A stretch of DNA of 27,159 nt from a virus (Duplodnaviria; Caudoviricetes), in IMG/VR virus record IMGVR_UViG_3300030332_001107, positions 1 to 27,159 of that record; one strand, given 5' to 3'. This document shows positions 17,396-25,921 of the stretch, piece after piece (positions within the stretch are counted from its first letter, which is position 1; every line of letters starts with the position of its first letter). The translations under genes and the position numbers were made by a program. The notes under the pieces were generated by a model, which saw only the letters and a program-made list of their open reading frames with translations, was not told the DNA's origin and did no database searches.

Positions 17396-17424
17396 TTGCA
17401 ATTAAGCAGTATTAGCATTGACTA

Positions 17425-17868
17425 TTAAGCAGTAGTCTCAGTTAGTACTCCACTACCCTCAAAGCTAGCTGTAAAAGTAGTATTATCTTCTAAAGGAGCA
17501 GAAGCTTCTAAAGAAGTTAAATAAGCTGTCCCACTATAATAAGTCTCTCCAGTTGCTGGACTTGTTCCAGTAAAAACTATGCTGAATGAAGTTCTATTGT
17601 TCATCTCTGCCCAAAGGTCATCATATCCTACAACTGCTACTGGAGTTGCTTGTCCATCTTTCCATGCAAAAAGATTTTCACAAGATACACTCCAACTTCT
17701 TTGTGCTTCTAGCAATTCACGCCACCCAGCCGAACTTTTGTTGCTGATATCTCTGGTCTCCATTGAGAAACTTATGCTAGCACTTGTAGCAAAAGCTATT
17801 GCTACCTCAGAACCAGCAGTTCCGAATTTGACTATAAAGTCAGTTCCATTTACTATATTACTTGGCAT
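17425..17868 (-). CDS. Major tail tube protein (TP901-1/Phage_tail_2-like)
   Basis: ETRDISNKSSAGWRELL…SWS.S, YSGTAYLTSLE.SAP.ED..TF..SFEGSG.L. Confidence 0.92.
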   Translation of the reverse strand: MPSNIVNGTDFIVKFGTAGSEVAIAFATSASISFSMETRDISNKSSAGWRELLEAQRSWSVSCENLFAWKDGQATPVAVVGYDDLWAEMNNRTSFSIVFTGTSPATGETYYSGTAYLTSLEASAPLEDNTTFTASFEGSGVLTETTA

Positions 17869-17883
17869 TTTCTTAAATTTTAA

Positions 17884-18081
17884 TTAGTTATTATTGTTTT
17901 CTTTTTCCTTAGTCTTTTCCTTTTTTCTTTTTGTTTTTGTTTTTTTAGTCTTTTTTACTTCTCCAATATAACCCTCAGCAGATAATCTTTCTGCTAAGTC
18001 ATTACTTATATCTATTTTAGTATCAGCTGAAAGCATTCTTCCAGGTCTAAACTGCCACTCTTTTATTAAAGTATATTCCAT
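17884..18081 (-). CDS. Small hypothetical protein with Lys-rich tail
   Basis: 65 aa; LAERLSAEGYI motif followed by a basic tail. Confidence 0.7.
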   Translation of the reverse strand: MEYTLIKEWQFRPGRMLSADTKIDISNDLAERLSAEGYIGEVKKTKKTKTKRKKEKTKEKENNNN

Positions 18082-18099
18082 TTTTTTATTTTTTAAAAG

Positions 18100-18537
18100 T
18101 TATCCATTATAAGGTTCATATCTGCAACTAAATATCAAAGCAATTTGAAAGATTCCATCAAAATCTTGATAACCCTCAAAGTTGAAAGTATCATTCTGAT
18201 TTTCAAATTGAATACTTTGTAATTTTACTCCATTATAAGTTCCAGAATTTCTATCTAAAGCAATTCTTGCATATTCAGCCAATTCTTCTAGTTGAAACTT
18301 TGTTTTGTTAAAACAATTTACTTGTATTTTTGCTACATTCAAAGTTGAAACTCCATGAATTGGACTATTCCCAGCTCCAGTTTTAGTATCATTTGCTTCT
18401 TCAGCAAGATGATGATAAGCAATGTAAGGATAAGTTCTATCATCTAAATAATTAACATTAGGAAAAATACTTGTCCCAACTAAGCTTGCTACATCAGTAT
18501 CATTTGCTAAAATATCATATATTGCTTTTCCTATCAT
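18100..18537 (-). CDS. Tail terminator/completion protein (DUF3168-like)
   Basis: IGKAIYDIL…V..LVGT.IFP…YPYI.Y; position before the tail tube. Confidence 0.85.
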   Translation of the reverse strand: MIGKAIYDILANDTDVASLVGTSIFPNVNYLDDRTYPYIAYHHLAEEANDTKTGAGNSPIHGVSTLNVAKIQVNCFNKTKFQLEELAEYARIALDRNSGTYNGVKLQSIQFENQNDTFNFEGYQDFDGIFQIALIFSCRYEPYNG

Positions 18538-19037
18538 TGCAGTTTTATTTTACTTTTACCTTTGCTGCTTACAATTTTTTTCAAAACTGACTTCAGCTTT
18601 TTTTCTAGCATAGCAATTCCAGTTGCTCTTGCTGCTAAGAAACCTCTTAGCACAAAAGGATTTGGCTTTATAAATTCAGTTCCAAATTGTACCATGTGCA
18701 TAAACCAGCCACCAATATTAGGCTTCTTCCATTTTCCATATTTATATCTAGGACCGATATAAAGTCCAGGAAATAATTTAGAAGAAGCAGTTTGTATTAT
18801 TCCTATTGAGTTCTTTAAAGTTCCTGGCTCAATTGTTGTATAAAGTTTTTGATTCCTATAAACTTTAAAAGGTCTATCTAATACTGGAGTTGTATCTTTA
18901 ATACTTTTTACAAATACATTTCCAACTGGTCTAAGTACTTTGCTTATTATTTCCTTATCAGTCAAATCAGCAGCAATAGCTTTAAACATTAAAGCATATT
19001 CATTATGATTTGTTGCTTTTAAATTTACATCTATCAT
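18534..19037 (-). CDS. HK97 gp10-like tail component
   Basis: TP…GTLKNSI…GWF.HMVQFGT…PNPFV motif. Confidence 0.85.
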   Translation of the reverse strand: MIDVNLKATNHNEYALMFKAIAADLTDKEIISKVLRPVGNVFVKSIKDTTPVLDRPFKVYRNQKLYTTIEPGTLKNSIGIIQTASSKLFPGLYIGPRYKYGKWKKPNIGGWFMHMVQFGTEFIKPNPFVLRGFLAARATGIAMLEKKLKSVLKKIVSSKGKSKIKLQ

Positions 19038-19040
19038 CTT

Positions 19041-19421
19041 TTAAGCTTCTGTCTCAGAGCCAACTCTGAGCTTTGTTATTATTTTTAGTAAATTCAATCT
19101 TCCATCATATTCTTGTACTCCATTTACATAATATTTTTGAGTAGTTCCATCAATAGGAGTTGCATTCAGAATTGGATATAAAATTCTATAGTCATAAGAG
19201 TTGATAGTATTAGTTAAATTGCTACTTCTTATGTAAAAATTTACTACTTCTACATCATTCAAGCTATCATTATCTTTTTCTTCTTTTGCAGTCTTAAATT
19301 CTATTTTTGCATATCCTATACTATGAGTATCCCAACTCTTAGTTGCTCCACCTAAATCACCTCTGCTTATAGTAGCAACTTGAATCAAGATTCTTCTATC
19401 TAATTCTCCAATTCCTAGCAT
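19041..19421 (-). CDS. Head closure/head-tail joining protein (SPP1 gp16-like)
   Basis: IGELDRRILIQ…F.IR…YRI.Y pattern and position. Confidence 0.85.
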   Translation of the reverse strand: MLGIGELDRRILIQVATISRGDLGGATKSWDTHSIGYAKIEFKTAKEEKDNDSLNDVEVVNFYIRSSNLTNTINSYDYRILYPILNATPIDGTTQKYYVNGVQEYDGRLNLLKIITKLRVGSETEA

Positions 19422-20014
19422 AATAATCCAAGTGTTTCTACTCTATAAGGATTCATTAAATATCTAGCAGTCATTGGAATAGAACCTACACTTCTTCCAA
19501 CAATTATTTCTTGTCTATTTTCGTACCAATTTCCACACAAAATTAGAGCAGCTTGCTTTAAACTTTCTGGAGCTGAAGTTGCATTATCATATCCTACTGA
19601 ATAACTGATTTCTATTGCTTTTAATCTGTTTGCAATAGCTGGATAAGAATATCCAGGAGTAAGTCCCAGTCTTAGTGGAGAAGAATATTCATCAAACTTA
19701 TAATCAGTAAGACTTTCTAGAATAAGAGTATTAGAAGAATCATAATATCTAATTTTTGTAATAGTTGCTTCTCCAGAATTTTTTACTGGAGAATGATATA
19801 GTTCAGTAGTATCACACCAACTTGTAGCATATTGTATAATAGCAGTATCTCCAATAATGATATTACAATAATTCTCAATAGTATATTTAGCTGCTAAAGC
19901 TAAAGAATCTAAATAAGTATCTTCATCAGTAGTTGCAATTCTTAAATGAGTACGAATTTCAGCAGTGGTATTCATTGCATCTGTATTCAAAGAAGCTATA
20001 TAACTATTTCTCAT
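19415..20014 (-). CDS. Head-tail connector (HK97 gp6-like); start moved to ATG 20014
   Basis: IRTHLRI…EDTYL..L..AA…IENYC; P.SLKQAAL…WYENR; the listed TTG lies inside the hairpin. Confidence 0.88.
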   Translation of the reverse strand: MRNSYIASLNTDAMNTTAEIRTHLRIATTDEDTYLDSLALAAKYTIENYCNIIIGDTAIIQYATSWCDTTELYHSPVKNSGEATITKIRYYDSSNTLILESLTDYKFDEYSSPLRLGLTPGYSYPAIANRLKAIEISYSVGYDNATSAPESLKQAALILCGNWYENRQEIIVGRSVGSIPMTARYLMNPYRVETLGLLC

Positions 20015-20029
20015 AATTACTCTTTTTTT

Positions 20030-20075
20030 ATAACTAGCCAAATACCAGGAGAAATTCTCCTAGCATTGACTAATT
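20030..20075 (-). other. About 20 bp RNA stem-loop after the capsid gene (stabiliser/processing site)
   Basis: AATTAGTCAATGCTAGGAGA-ATT-TCTCCTGGTATTTGGCTAGTT with 4 G-U pairs and one bulge; no U tract. Confidence 0.65.
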
Positions 20076-20090
20076 AAAAATTTATACTTC

Positions 20091-21329
20091 CTAGCTTTCT
20101 TTCAAAGAAGCAAAAGCAGTAGTTCCCTGAACAGCTCCACCATCAATAAGGCTGGTCACTATCATTCTAGGTTCACCCTCTGCACCTCCAGTAAAAGGGT
20201 CATACAGCATATCAAGTCCTCCAAATTGAGCAATGTGTACTTTAGAGAAATCTCCGAATAAAGCATGGTCTTTCGTAGCTCCACCATCAGCTCCAACATT
20301 ACTACTTTGAAAAGCATAATAACCATTGATAGTTTTGTCTCTTATATCATAAGCAGCACTTATTCCAGAAACTAATTCAGCAACTTTGATTGCAGCATAA
20401 GAATTACCATCTACTAAGTAAGCCATTCTTGCTCCTTCCAGTTGGACTCCAGCATCTAATACAGCAGACTCTAACGAAAGAGCAGTAGCTCCACTCATTG
20501 CAGCAGTACTTGTTGGAGTACCAGAACCAGCATCTAAGAAAATAGAAGTAGGACCACTTGTTATATCAGCAACATTCAGCAAAGCATTCTCAATAGTTGC
20601 AGCAATATTTGCAGCCATATTTCTTTGCAAAGCAGCTTCCAATCCAGGATTCTGAGTCATTGCTTCATTGGATACATTTACTACACTAATACATTTTTTA
20701 GGACTCAATGTCATTGAGCTTGCAGTTCCAGTTGGAGTTGTAGCACTTCCACCAGACTCAGCAACAAAATAAGAGTTTACAGCAGAAATTACTGGGAATT
20801 TTTGATTATTTATTCCAGAGTAAAAATTTGCTCCAGCAGAAGCCAATACTAAATTAGCTTGAAGCTGGTCAGTAAAACTCATTACTTCAGTTGCATTTAC
20901 AGCAGCAGTCTCAGCAGCAGTTCTATATTCTAAAACTGAAGATGGAATGCCAATTCCTCTGAAATGCTGACCAGTATATCTAGCTTCATTTCTAGCTTCT
21001 TGGTCAAATTCTTTGATTGCTCCATCAAGTTTTCCAGAATAAGCAGCTCTCATTGCAGCTTGAAAAGAGAATGCTGATAAATCTTTTGCACTATTCTTTT
21101 CAATTACAACTCCAGCAGACATTGCTCCAGTTCTTAATTCTTTCTCAAGCTTTTCAGCTCTTTCTATCTTTGTAGAAATTTCATCAGCATTAGCCAATAA
21201 AGTATCTACTTCTTTTACTTCTGATTCAGTCAATTCTCTATTCTCATCATCAGAAGCAATTTTTTCAATAGCTTCTAATTTAGAAATTGTATCTGAATGA
21301 AGTTCCTTTAATTCTAAACTTTTTTTCAT
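20091..21329 (-). CDS. Major capsid protein, HK97 fold with N-terminal delta (scaffold) domain
   Basis: Coiled-coil N-terminus (RELTESE), LSPKK and LFGDFS…FGGLD..YDPFT motifs; follows the protease. Confidence 0.95.
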   Translation of the reverse strand: MKKSLELKELHSDTISKLEAIEKIASDDENRELTESEVKEVDTLLANADEISTKIERAEKLEKELRTGAMSAGVVIEKNSAKDLSAFSFQAAMRAAYSGKLDGAIKEFDQEARNEARYTGQHFRGIGIPSSVLEYRTAAETAAVNATEVMSFTDQLQANLVLASAGANFYSGINNQKFPVISAVNSYFVAESGGSATTPTGTASSMTLSPKKCISVVNVSNEAMTQNPGLEAALQRNMAANIAATIENALLNVADITSGPTSIFLDAGSGTPTSTAAMSGATALSLESAVLDAGVQLEGARMAYLVDGNSYAAIKVAELVSGISAAYDIRDKTINGYYAFQSSNVGADGGATKDHALFGDFSKVHIAQFGGLDMLYDPFTGGAEGEPRMIVTSLIDGGAVQGTTAFASLKES

Positions 21330-22333
21330 GATATTTTTCTTTTTTTAATTTGTATTCTTAAATTCAATAAACTTCTTTTGAGTTCGTATTGTCTTTCATC
21401 TTGCATCTTTTGTTTGTCTTTGTATATATAAAAGTTTCTAGTAGCAACTTGCAAATCATTTGAATCTGGATAAGCTGGTAAACTCACTGGACTAACATCA
21501 TAAAGTCTTTTGACTTTCTCAATAGTTCTTATTTCTCCCAAATCATCATCACTTCTCCAAGAGTCCTTTTCTACCTGGAATGCAAAACTACTTTGATTCA
21601 CATTTCCATTTTTTAAATTCTCAAGCATATCTCTACCAGCAGTTGTATTAGGTAAGTCCAATGAATACTGGAGTCCCTTTTTTGTCTTTCTTATTCTTAA
21701 AGTATTGGCTGATACTCTACCCAAAATTAAATCAGGATTATGGTTAAAATATGCACGGACATCATTTTTCAAAACTTTGTCAAAAGCATTAGGAGCAATT
21801 TCCTCTCTGAAATTTCCCAAATCTTCTGAAAGTCTACCAAATACAGCAGCATGCCCTACAATAGTATTCTTCTTTCCAGCAGTTTTTATTCTAGTTTCAA
21901 AGAATCTTTTTTCAACTGCATCTTTATTTCTCCAGACTCCTTTACTTTCTTCTTCTTCTTCTTCTTCTTCTTCTTCTGTTTCTTCATCTATTTCATCTTC
22001 AATTTCTTCTCCATCTATTTCATCTTCTAAATGAGAATCATTTTCTTCAATAGTTTCTTCTTCTCCCTCATCTGGAGTATCATCTTTCTTTACTTTAATT
22101 CCCTCAAATCTTTCATCTTTTTCATAGACTATAGTAATAGTTTCAGAATCTTCAATTATTTCTTTTACATGTCTCTTATCTTTTTCCATGTCTTTATTTT
22201 TTTCATTATTTATTTGACTCTCACAAATTGCCAATCTTTGCTTGTCATCATATTCTTGCATTACTTCATCAGACATACATCTTTCAATAAATTCTTCTTT
22301 CATTTCATTATCTTTTGGAGTAGGTATTGGCAT
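21326..22333 (-). CDS. HK97-type prohead protease with long acidic N-terminal extension
   Basis: GHAAVF…FREEIAP.AF…FNH…LGR…SSFAF…LYDVSPVSLPAYP. Confidence 0.93.
   Translation of the reverse strand: MPIPTPKDNEMKEEFIERCMSDEVMQEYDDKQRLAICESQINNEKNKDMEKDKRHVKEIIEDSETITIVYEKDERFEGIKVKKDDTPDEGEEETIEENDSHLEDEIDGEEIEDEIDEETEEEEEEEEEESKGVWRNKDAVEKRFFETRIKTAGKKNTIVGHAAVFGRLSEDLGNFREEIAPNAFDKVLKNDVRAYFNHNPDLILGRVSANTLRIRKTKKGLQYSLDLPNTTAGRDMLENLKNGNVNQSSFAFQVEKDSWRSDDDLGEIRTIEKVKRLYDVSPVSLPAYPDSNDLQVATRNFYIYKDKQKMQDERQYELKRSLLNLRIQIKKRKIS
21947..21976. repeat. (TTC)10 microsatellite encoding poly-Glu
   Basis: Ten consecutive GAA codons on the minus strand. Confidence 0.9.
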
Positions 22334-23604
22334 TATTGCTTTCCATTTGTTGTAATTTCTTCCAGTAATTCATCTGCAATTTCTGGAGCTTCTTCCTTAG
22401 TTTCAATTGGAGTTCCATCTATAATATTTGAAATTGTAGTCATATTCATTTGCATGAATAAATTATCTCCCTCAGCTCCAACTCTATTCATGCTTTCTTT
22501 GGCTCTAATTTCATTGATACTCATTGCTCCAATATTCAGCATTGTTCTATAGTACTCAGCTCTTTCTTTTGGAGTACCTCTGAGCAAAGCATTTGTATTA
22601 AATTCAATATTCAGTTTTCCAATTTCATTCTGCTTGAAAAGCTTTGTAGAAAATTCTTGCTCCATCATGTATAAATAAGGGACTAAAGAATATTGAACAA
22701 ATTCTCTTGATTGCTCTGTTATATTTGAGAAACTGGATTTGGTCAAATCTCTGAGCAAATGTGGTGGAACTGAGAAAATTCTGGCTACCTCAGAAATTGA
22801 AAAGGCTCTGCTGGCTAAGAACTGACTGGCTTCATTACTCAAGCTTATTCCAGAAAACTTTAGTCCCTCTTCTAAAATCAAAGTTTTATTTGAATCTCCA
22901 ATTTTGGTATAGTTCATCTGGAAGCTATGTCTTAATCTGTCTATTGCTTCAGTTGAAAGCTGTCTATCAGTTTCTAAAACTCCAGAAAGTTTTGCTCCAT
23001 TTCTAAAATAAGAGTTTGAATAGTCTTGCAAAGCAAGTCCATTAGCAATAGCATCTCTGCAAGTATCAATCGGACTCAGACCAATATATCCATCTTTGCT
23101 CATAGTCTTAAAATGTAATACATCATGAGAATCATAAACTGCTCCAGCAGCAGAATCTTCATAAAATATTTCTCCCTCATATTCTTTGAGTCCAATTTTT
23201 TCAAAATCTAAGGTAATAAGCTCAATTGGACTTGCTCCATTTCTGATTATATGCACATAAGAATTTCCTCTTGTCAATAAGTCATACATAATCTTTTGAA
23301 TGAATACATATTTAGTCATGTATTTATTTGGATTTGTATGCAATAAGTTATATAAAGAATGAGTATTCAGTATCTTCTTATCTCCATTTGTATCTTTTTC
23401 CAGAATATTGATTGGAAGTTGAGCTACTGATTCTGATAAAATTCTCATAGCTTGCCAAACAGCAGTAAACTGAATAGCAGTATTAGTATCTACTTGTATT
23501 CCAGAGCCACCTAAGCTACCACTTAAATTTTCAGAAAAAGATAAGTAGTCTCTTTCTTGTTTGTCTTTCTGGAATCTTTTTAGAAAGTTTGTAAGTATTC
23601 CCAA
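22333..23604 (-). CDS. Portal protein, HK97 family
   Basis: LL.RGNSY, VLHFK…G.SPI, ILEEGLKF, EVARIFSVPPHLL, INEIRAKE; TTG start. Confidence 0.96.
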   Translation of the reverse strand: MGILTNFLKRFQKDKQERDYLSFSENLSGSLGGSGIQVDTNTAIQFTAVWQAMRILSESVAQLPINILEKDTNGDKKILNTHSLYNLLHTNPNKYMTKYVFIQKIMYDLLTRGNSYVHIIRNGASPIELITLDFEKIGLKEYEGEIFYEDSAAGAVYDSHDVLHFKTMSKDGYIGLSPIDTCRDAIANGLALQDYSNSYFRNGAKLSGVLETDRQLSTEAIDRLRHSFQMNYTKIGDSNKTLILEEGLKFSGISLSNEASQFLASRAFSISEVARIFSVPPHLLRDLTKSSFSNITEQSREFVQYSLVPYLYMMEQEFSTKLFKQNEIGKLNIEFNTNALLRGTPKERAEYYRTMLNIGAMSINEIRAKESMNRVGAEGDNLFMQMNMTTISNIIDGTPIETKEEAPEIADELLEEITTNGKQ

Positions 23605-23640
23605 AGTTAGTCAATTAAGAATTAGTAATTGCAGCAATAG

Positions 23641-23655
23641 GCAATAATACGAAAA
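23641..23655 (-). promoter_or_regulatory. Candidate -7 promoter element upstream of the portal gene
   Basis: TTTTCGTATTATTGC; TATTATTG is one mismatch from TAnnTTTG and retains a rare CG. No clear -33 element. Confidence 0.45.
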
Positions 23656-23677
23656 GAAAAAGTGGAAGGAATGAAAC

Positions 23678-23890
23678 CTAGTTTCTTTTCTTTAATCTTT
23701 TATTTTTTACAACTCTGAAAGAATCATATCCAGAATATTTTCTTTTCCCAAAAGCAGCTTCATATTCTTGCTCAGTTTTTTCATAAGCTTCAGCATAAGT
23801 TTTAGTTTCAGAGCAATAGAAATGAAATTTCTTTTCAAATCCATCTGGACTCAATAGAGTAAGTACTTCAATAGGTATATTTATTTTCAT
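23678..23890 (-). CDS. Hypothetical protein between TerL and portal
   Basis: 70 aa, ATGA-coupled to terL. Confidence 0.75.
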   Translation of the reverse strand: MKINIPIEVLTLLSPDGFEKKFHFYCSETKTYAEAYEKTEQEYEAAFGKRKYSGYDSFRVVKNKRLKKRN

Positions 23891-25452
23891 AGCATTAGTA
23901 ATCCTCTGTCATCATAGACTGAAGCTCCTGGAGAATCCTCAGTAAGAAACTCTCCTAGGGACATGATTAAAGCAATAATTCCATCAATTTTTTCAGAAGA
24001 TTTTTGTTTATTAGGTTTTATATTTCCAGCAGCATCAGATTGTATTTGCACATTCTGAAGTTGCCAGCGTAGTATTGGATTATTTAAATGATTAATTTGT
24101 TTTTTTAGAAAGAGCTTTTCCAATTCCTTTGATGGATTTGAAAGACTTGCATAACCTTGACCAAAAGGAGAAAGAGCTAGTCCATCATCTTGAAGCTGTA
24201 TTATAATTTGGCTGGAGTTCCATCTGTCAAAAGCCACAGATTTTATGTCATAAATTTCTCTAAGTTCATTTACTTTTGCTCTTATGTATTCATAGTCTTG
24301 AACATCTCCAGGACTAACATCAAGAAAACCCTCTTTCTCCCACTGATTATAGGGTACTTTATCTTTCATAGTTCTGGTATAAATTGCATCTCCTGGCACA
24401 AAGAAAAAAGGTAAAACTACAAAAGATTCTTCCAAAGGAAATAAAAGACAAAAGCATGAAGTATCTCTAGTGGAAGCTAAGTCCAAAGCTCCATAAGCAG
24501 TCTTCCCTTCCAGTTCTTTCATATCAATTTTTTGATAATTCTCAAGCCAGCACTTATCTGAAATCCACTTGGAATATGAGCTAGTCCAGATATTCAGATG
24601 AAGTCTTTTGAAATTGTTTTCATAGGCTATTATGTCAGTTGCTTTCTGAGCTTGCTGAATAAAATATTCTTTCTCTATTGAGACTCCAAGATTAGGATTT
24701 GCTTTCTCCCAAACTTTAGGACAAGTAAAATCATCTTCTTCATCTGCTGCATATATTACACTCAAGAAAGAATCATCAGAAATTATTTTATCTTTTATCT
24801 TCACAGCATAATCATGCTGCTCCCAGCAAATATTTCCATCAGTTTTTGAGCTTCCAGCAGTAGTCATCATGAAAAATAAAGGTTGTTTTCTAGCTGCTTG
24901 ACTTGTTTGCATAGTATCAAAAAGTAATCTATTTGGTTGAATATGCAACTCATCAAAGGCTACAAACTGAGCATTATGTCCCATCTGCAATTTAGAGTCA
25001 GCTGAAAGAGCTTTGTAAGTATTTCCTTTTGCTTCATTTACAATAGAACCTCTGTAAACTTTTGCTCTTGCAGAAAGTTCTTTTGAATGCAATACCATTG
25101 ACTTTGCCAAATCAAAAATGATAGAAGCTTGATTTCTGTCTCCAGCAACTGAAAAACATTCTGAGCCAAATTCTTCATCTGCAAAAAGCATATACAAAGC
25201 CAAGCAAGCTCCAAGACTACTCTTACCATTTTTTCTTGGAATTTCTACATAGCAAGTTCTGTACTTTCTAAGCTTTGTTTTTTTATTCTTCCAGCCAAAG
25301 ATTGGTCTAATAATTTTATCTTTTTGCCAGCTTTCAAGAATAAATTTTTGACCAGCTTTACTTCCTTTTATATGCTTGATGAAAGATTCTATAAAAGCAA
25401 CTGCTCTTTCTGCTGCTTCTTCATCATAGTAATATTTATTTTTTTTAGTCAA
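23887..25452 (-). CDS. terL: Terminase large subunit (likely TTG start at 25452)
   Basis: Walker A IPRKNGKS, Walker B AFDELH, TTAG, LDLAST.D, FDRWN, KIDG.IAL; the TTG overlaps the terS stop. Confidence 0.97.
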   Translation of the reverse strand: MTKKNKYYYDEEAAERAVAFIESFIKHIKGSKAGQKFILESWQKDKIIRPIFGWKNKKTKLRKYRTCYVEIPRKNGKSSLGACLALYMLFADEEFGSECFSVAGDRNQASIIFDLAKSMVLHSKELSARAKVYRGSIVNEAKGNTYKALSADSKLQMGHNAQFVAFDELHIQPNRLLFDTMQTSQAARKQPLFFMMTTAGSSKTDGNICWEQHDYAVKIKDKIISDDSFLSVIYAADEEDDFTCPKVWEKANPNLGVSIEKEYFIQQAQKATDIIAYENNFKRLHLNIWTSSYSKWISDKCWLENYQKIDMKELEGKTAYGALDLASTRDTSCFCLLFPLEESFVVLPFFFVPGDAIYTRTMKDKVPYNQWEKEGFLDVSPGDVQDYEYIRAKVNELREIYDIKSVAFDRWNSSQIIIQLQDDGLALSPFGQGYASLSNPSKELEKLFLKKQINHLNNPILRWQLQNVQIQSDAAGNIKPNKQKSSEKIDGIIALIMSLGEFLTEDSPGASVYDDRGLLML

Positions 25453-25921
25453 AGAAGTTGAAAGCATTATTATTTTGAATGTAAGTTGGCTGGCTAATTG
25501 AAGTTCTAGAAGATGGAGTAATTCCAAATTGAGTTGCTAATCTTAAAGCTCTTTCTAAAGCTTCATTAGCAATCTTTTGAAAAGGTACTGCTTGAGCATG
25601 CTTTAAGCTACCATCTTCATTTTTATAGACTGCAATTCTTCCCTTTTCTCTGAGCATGATTTCAGTTTCAATATGTAAAGCTATTGCATTACAATAAGCT
25701 TCAATAAGTCTCAAGTCAATTTGATGAAGCATTTTTTTATTGAATAACTCAGAGCAGACTTTATTCCATTCTTCTTTTGCTATTGTAGAAAGCCACTCTG
25801 CTGGAGCTGGCAATTCTTCTACTAAGGCAACTTGCATTTCATTCTTTACAACTCTACCAGGTCTTAAAGTTCCCTGGAGTTCTTTGACTCTAGTAGGCTT
25901 TCTTTTTCTTCCTTTAGTCAT
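25445..25921 (-). CDS. terS: Terminase small subunit, P27 family
   Basis: GRKRKPT..K.LQG, P.WLS..AKEEW, YC.A, FGITPSSR. Confidence 0.95.
   Translation of the reverse strand: MTKGRKRKPTRVKELQGTLRPGRVVKNEMQVALVEELPAPAEWLSTIAKEEWNKVCSELFNKKMLHQIDLRLIEAYCNAIALHIETEIMLREKGRIAVYKNEDGSLKHAQAVPFQKIANEALERALRLATQFGITPSSRTSISQPTYIQNNNAFNFFD

Noticed and set aside
17401-17434. Repeat-spacer-repeat as a mini CRISPR array
   Set aside because: The 11 bp repeats and 12 bp spacer are far too short and there are no cas genes.
20030-20075. Post-capsid hairpin as an intrinsic terminator
   Set aside because: It is followed by an A run rather than a U tract on the coding strand.
25038-25229. 63 aa minus-strand ORF inside terL
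   Set aside because: Alternative frame over the conserved ATPase region; no independent support.
25453-25527. N-terminal extension of TerL given by the ORF track
   Set aside because: Overlaps the conserved end of terS; the TTG at 25452 gives the usual coupled start.
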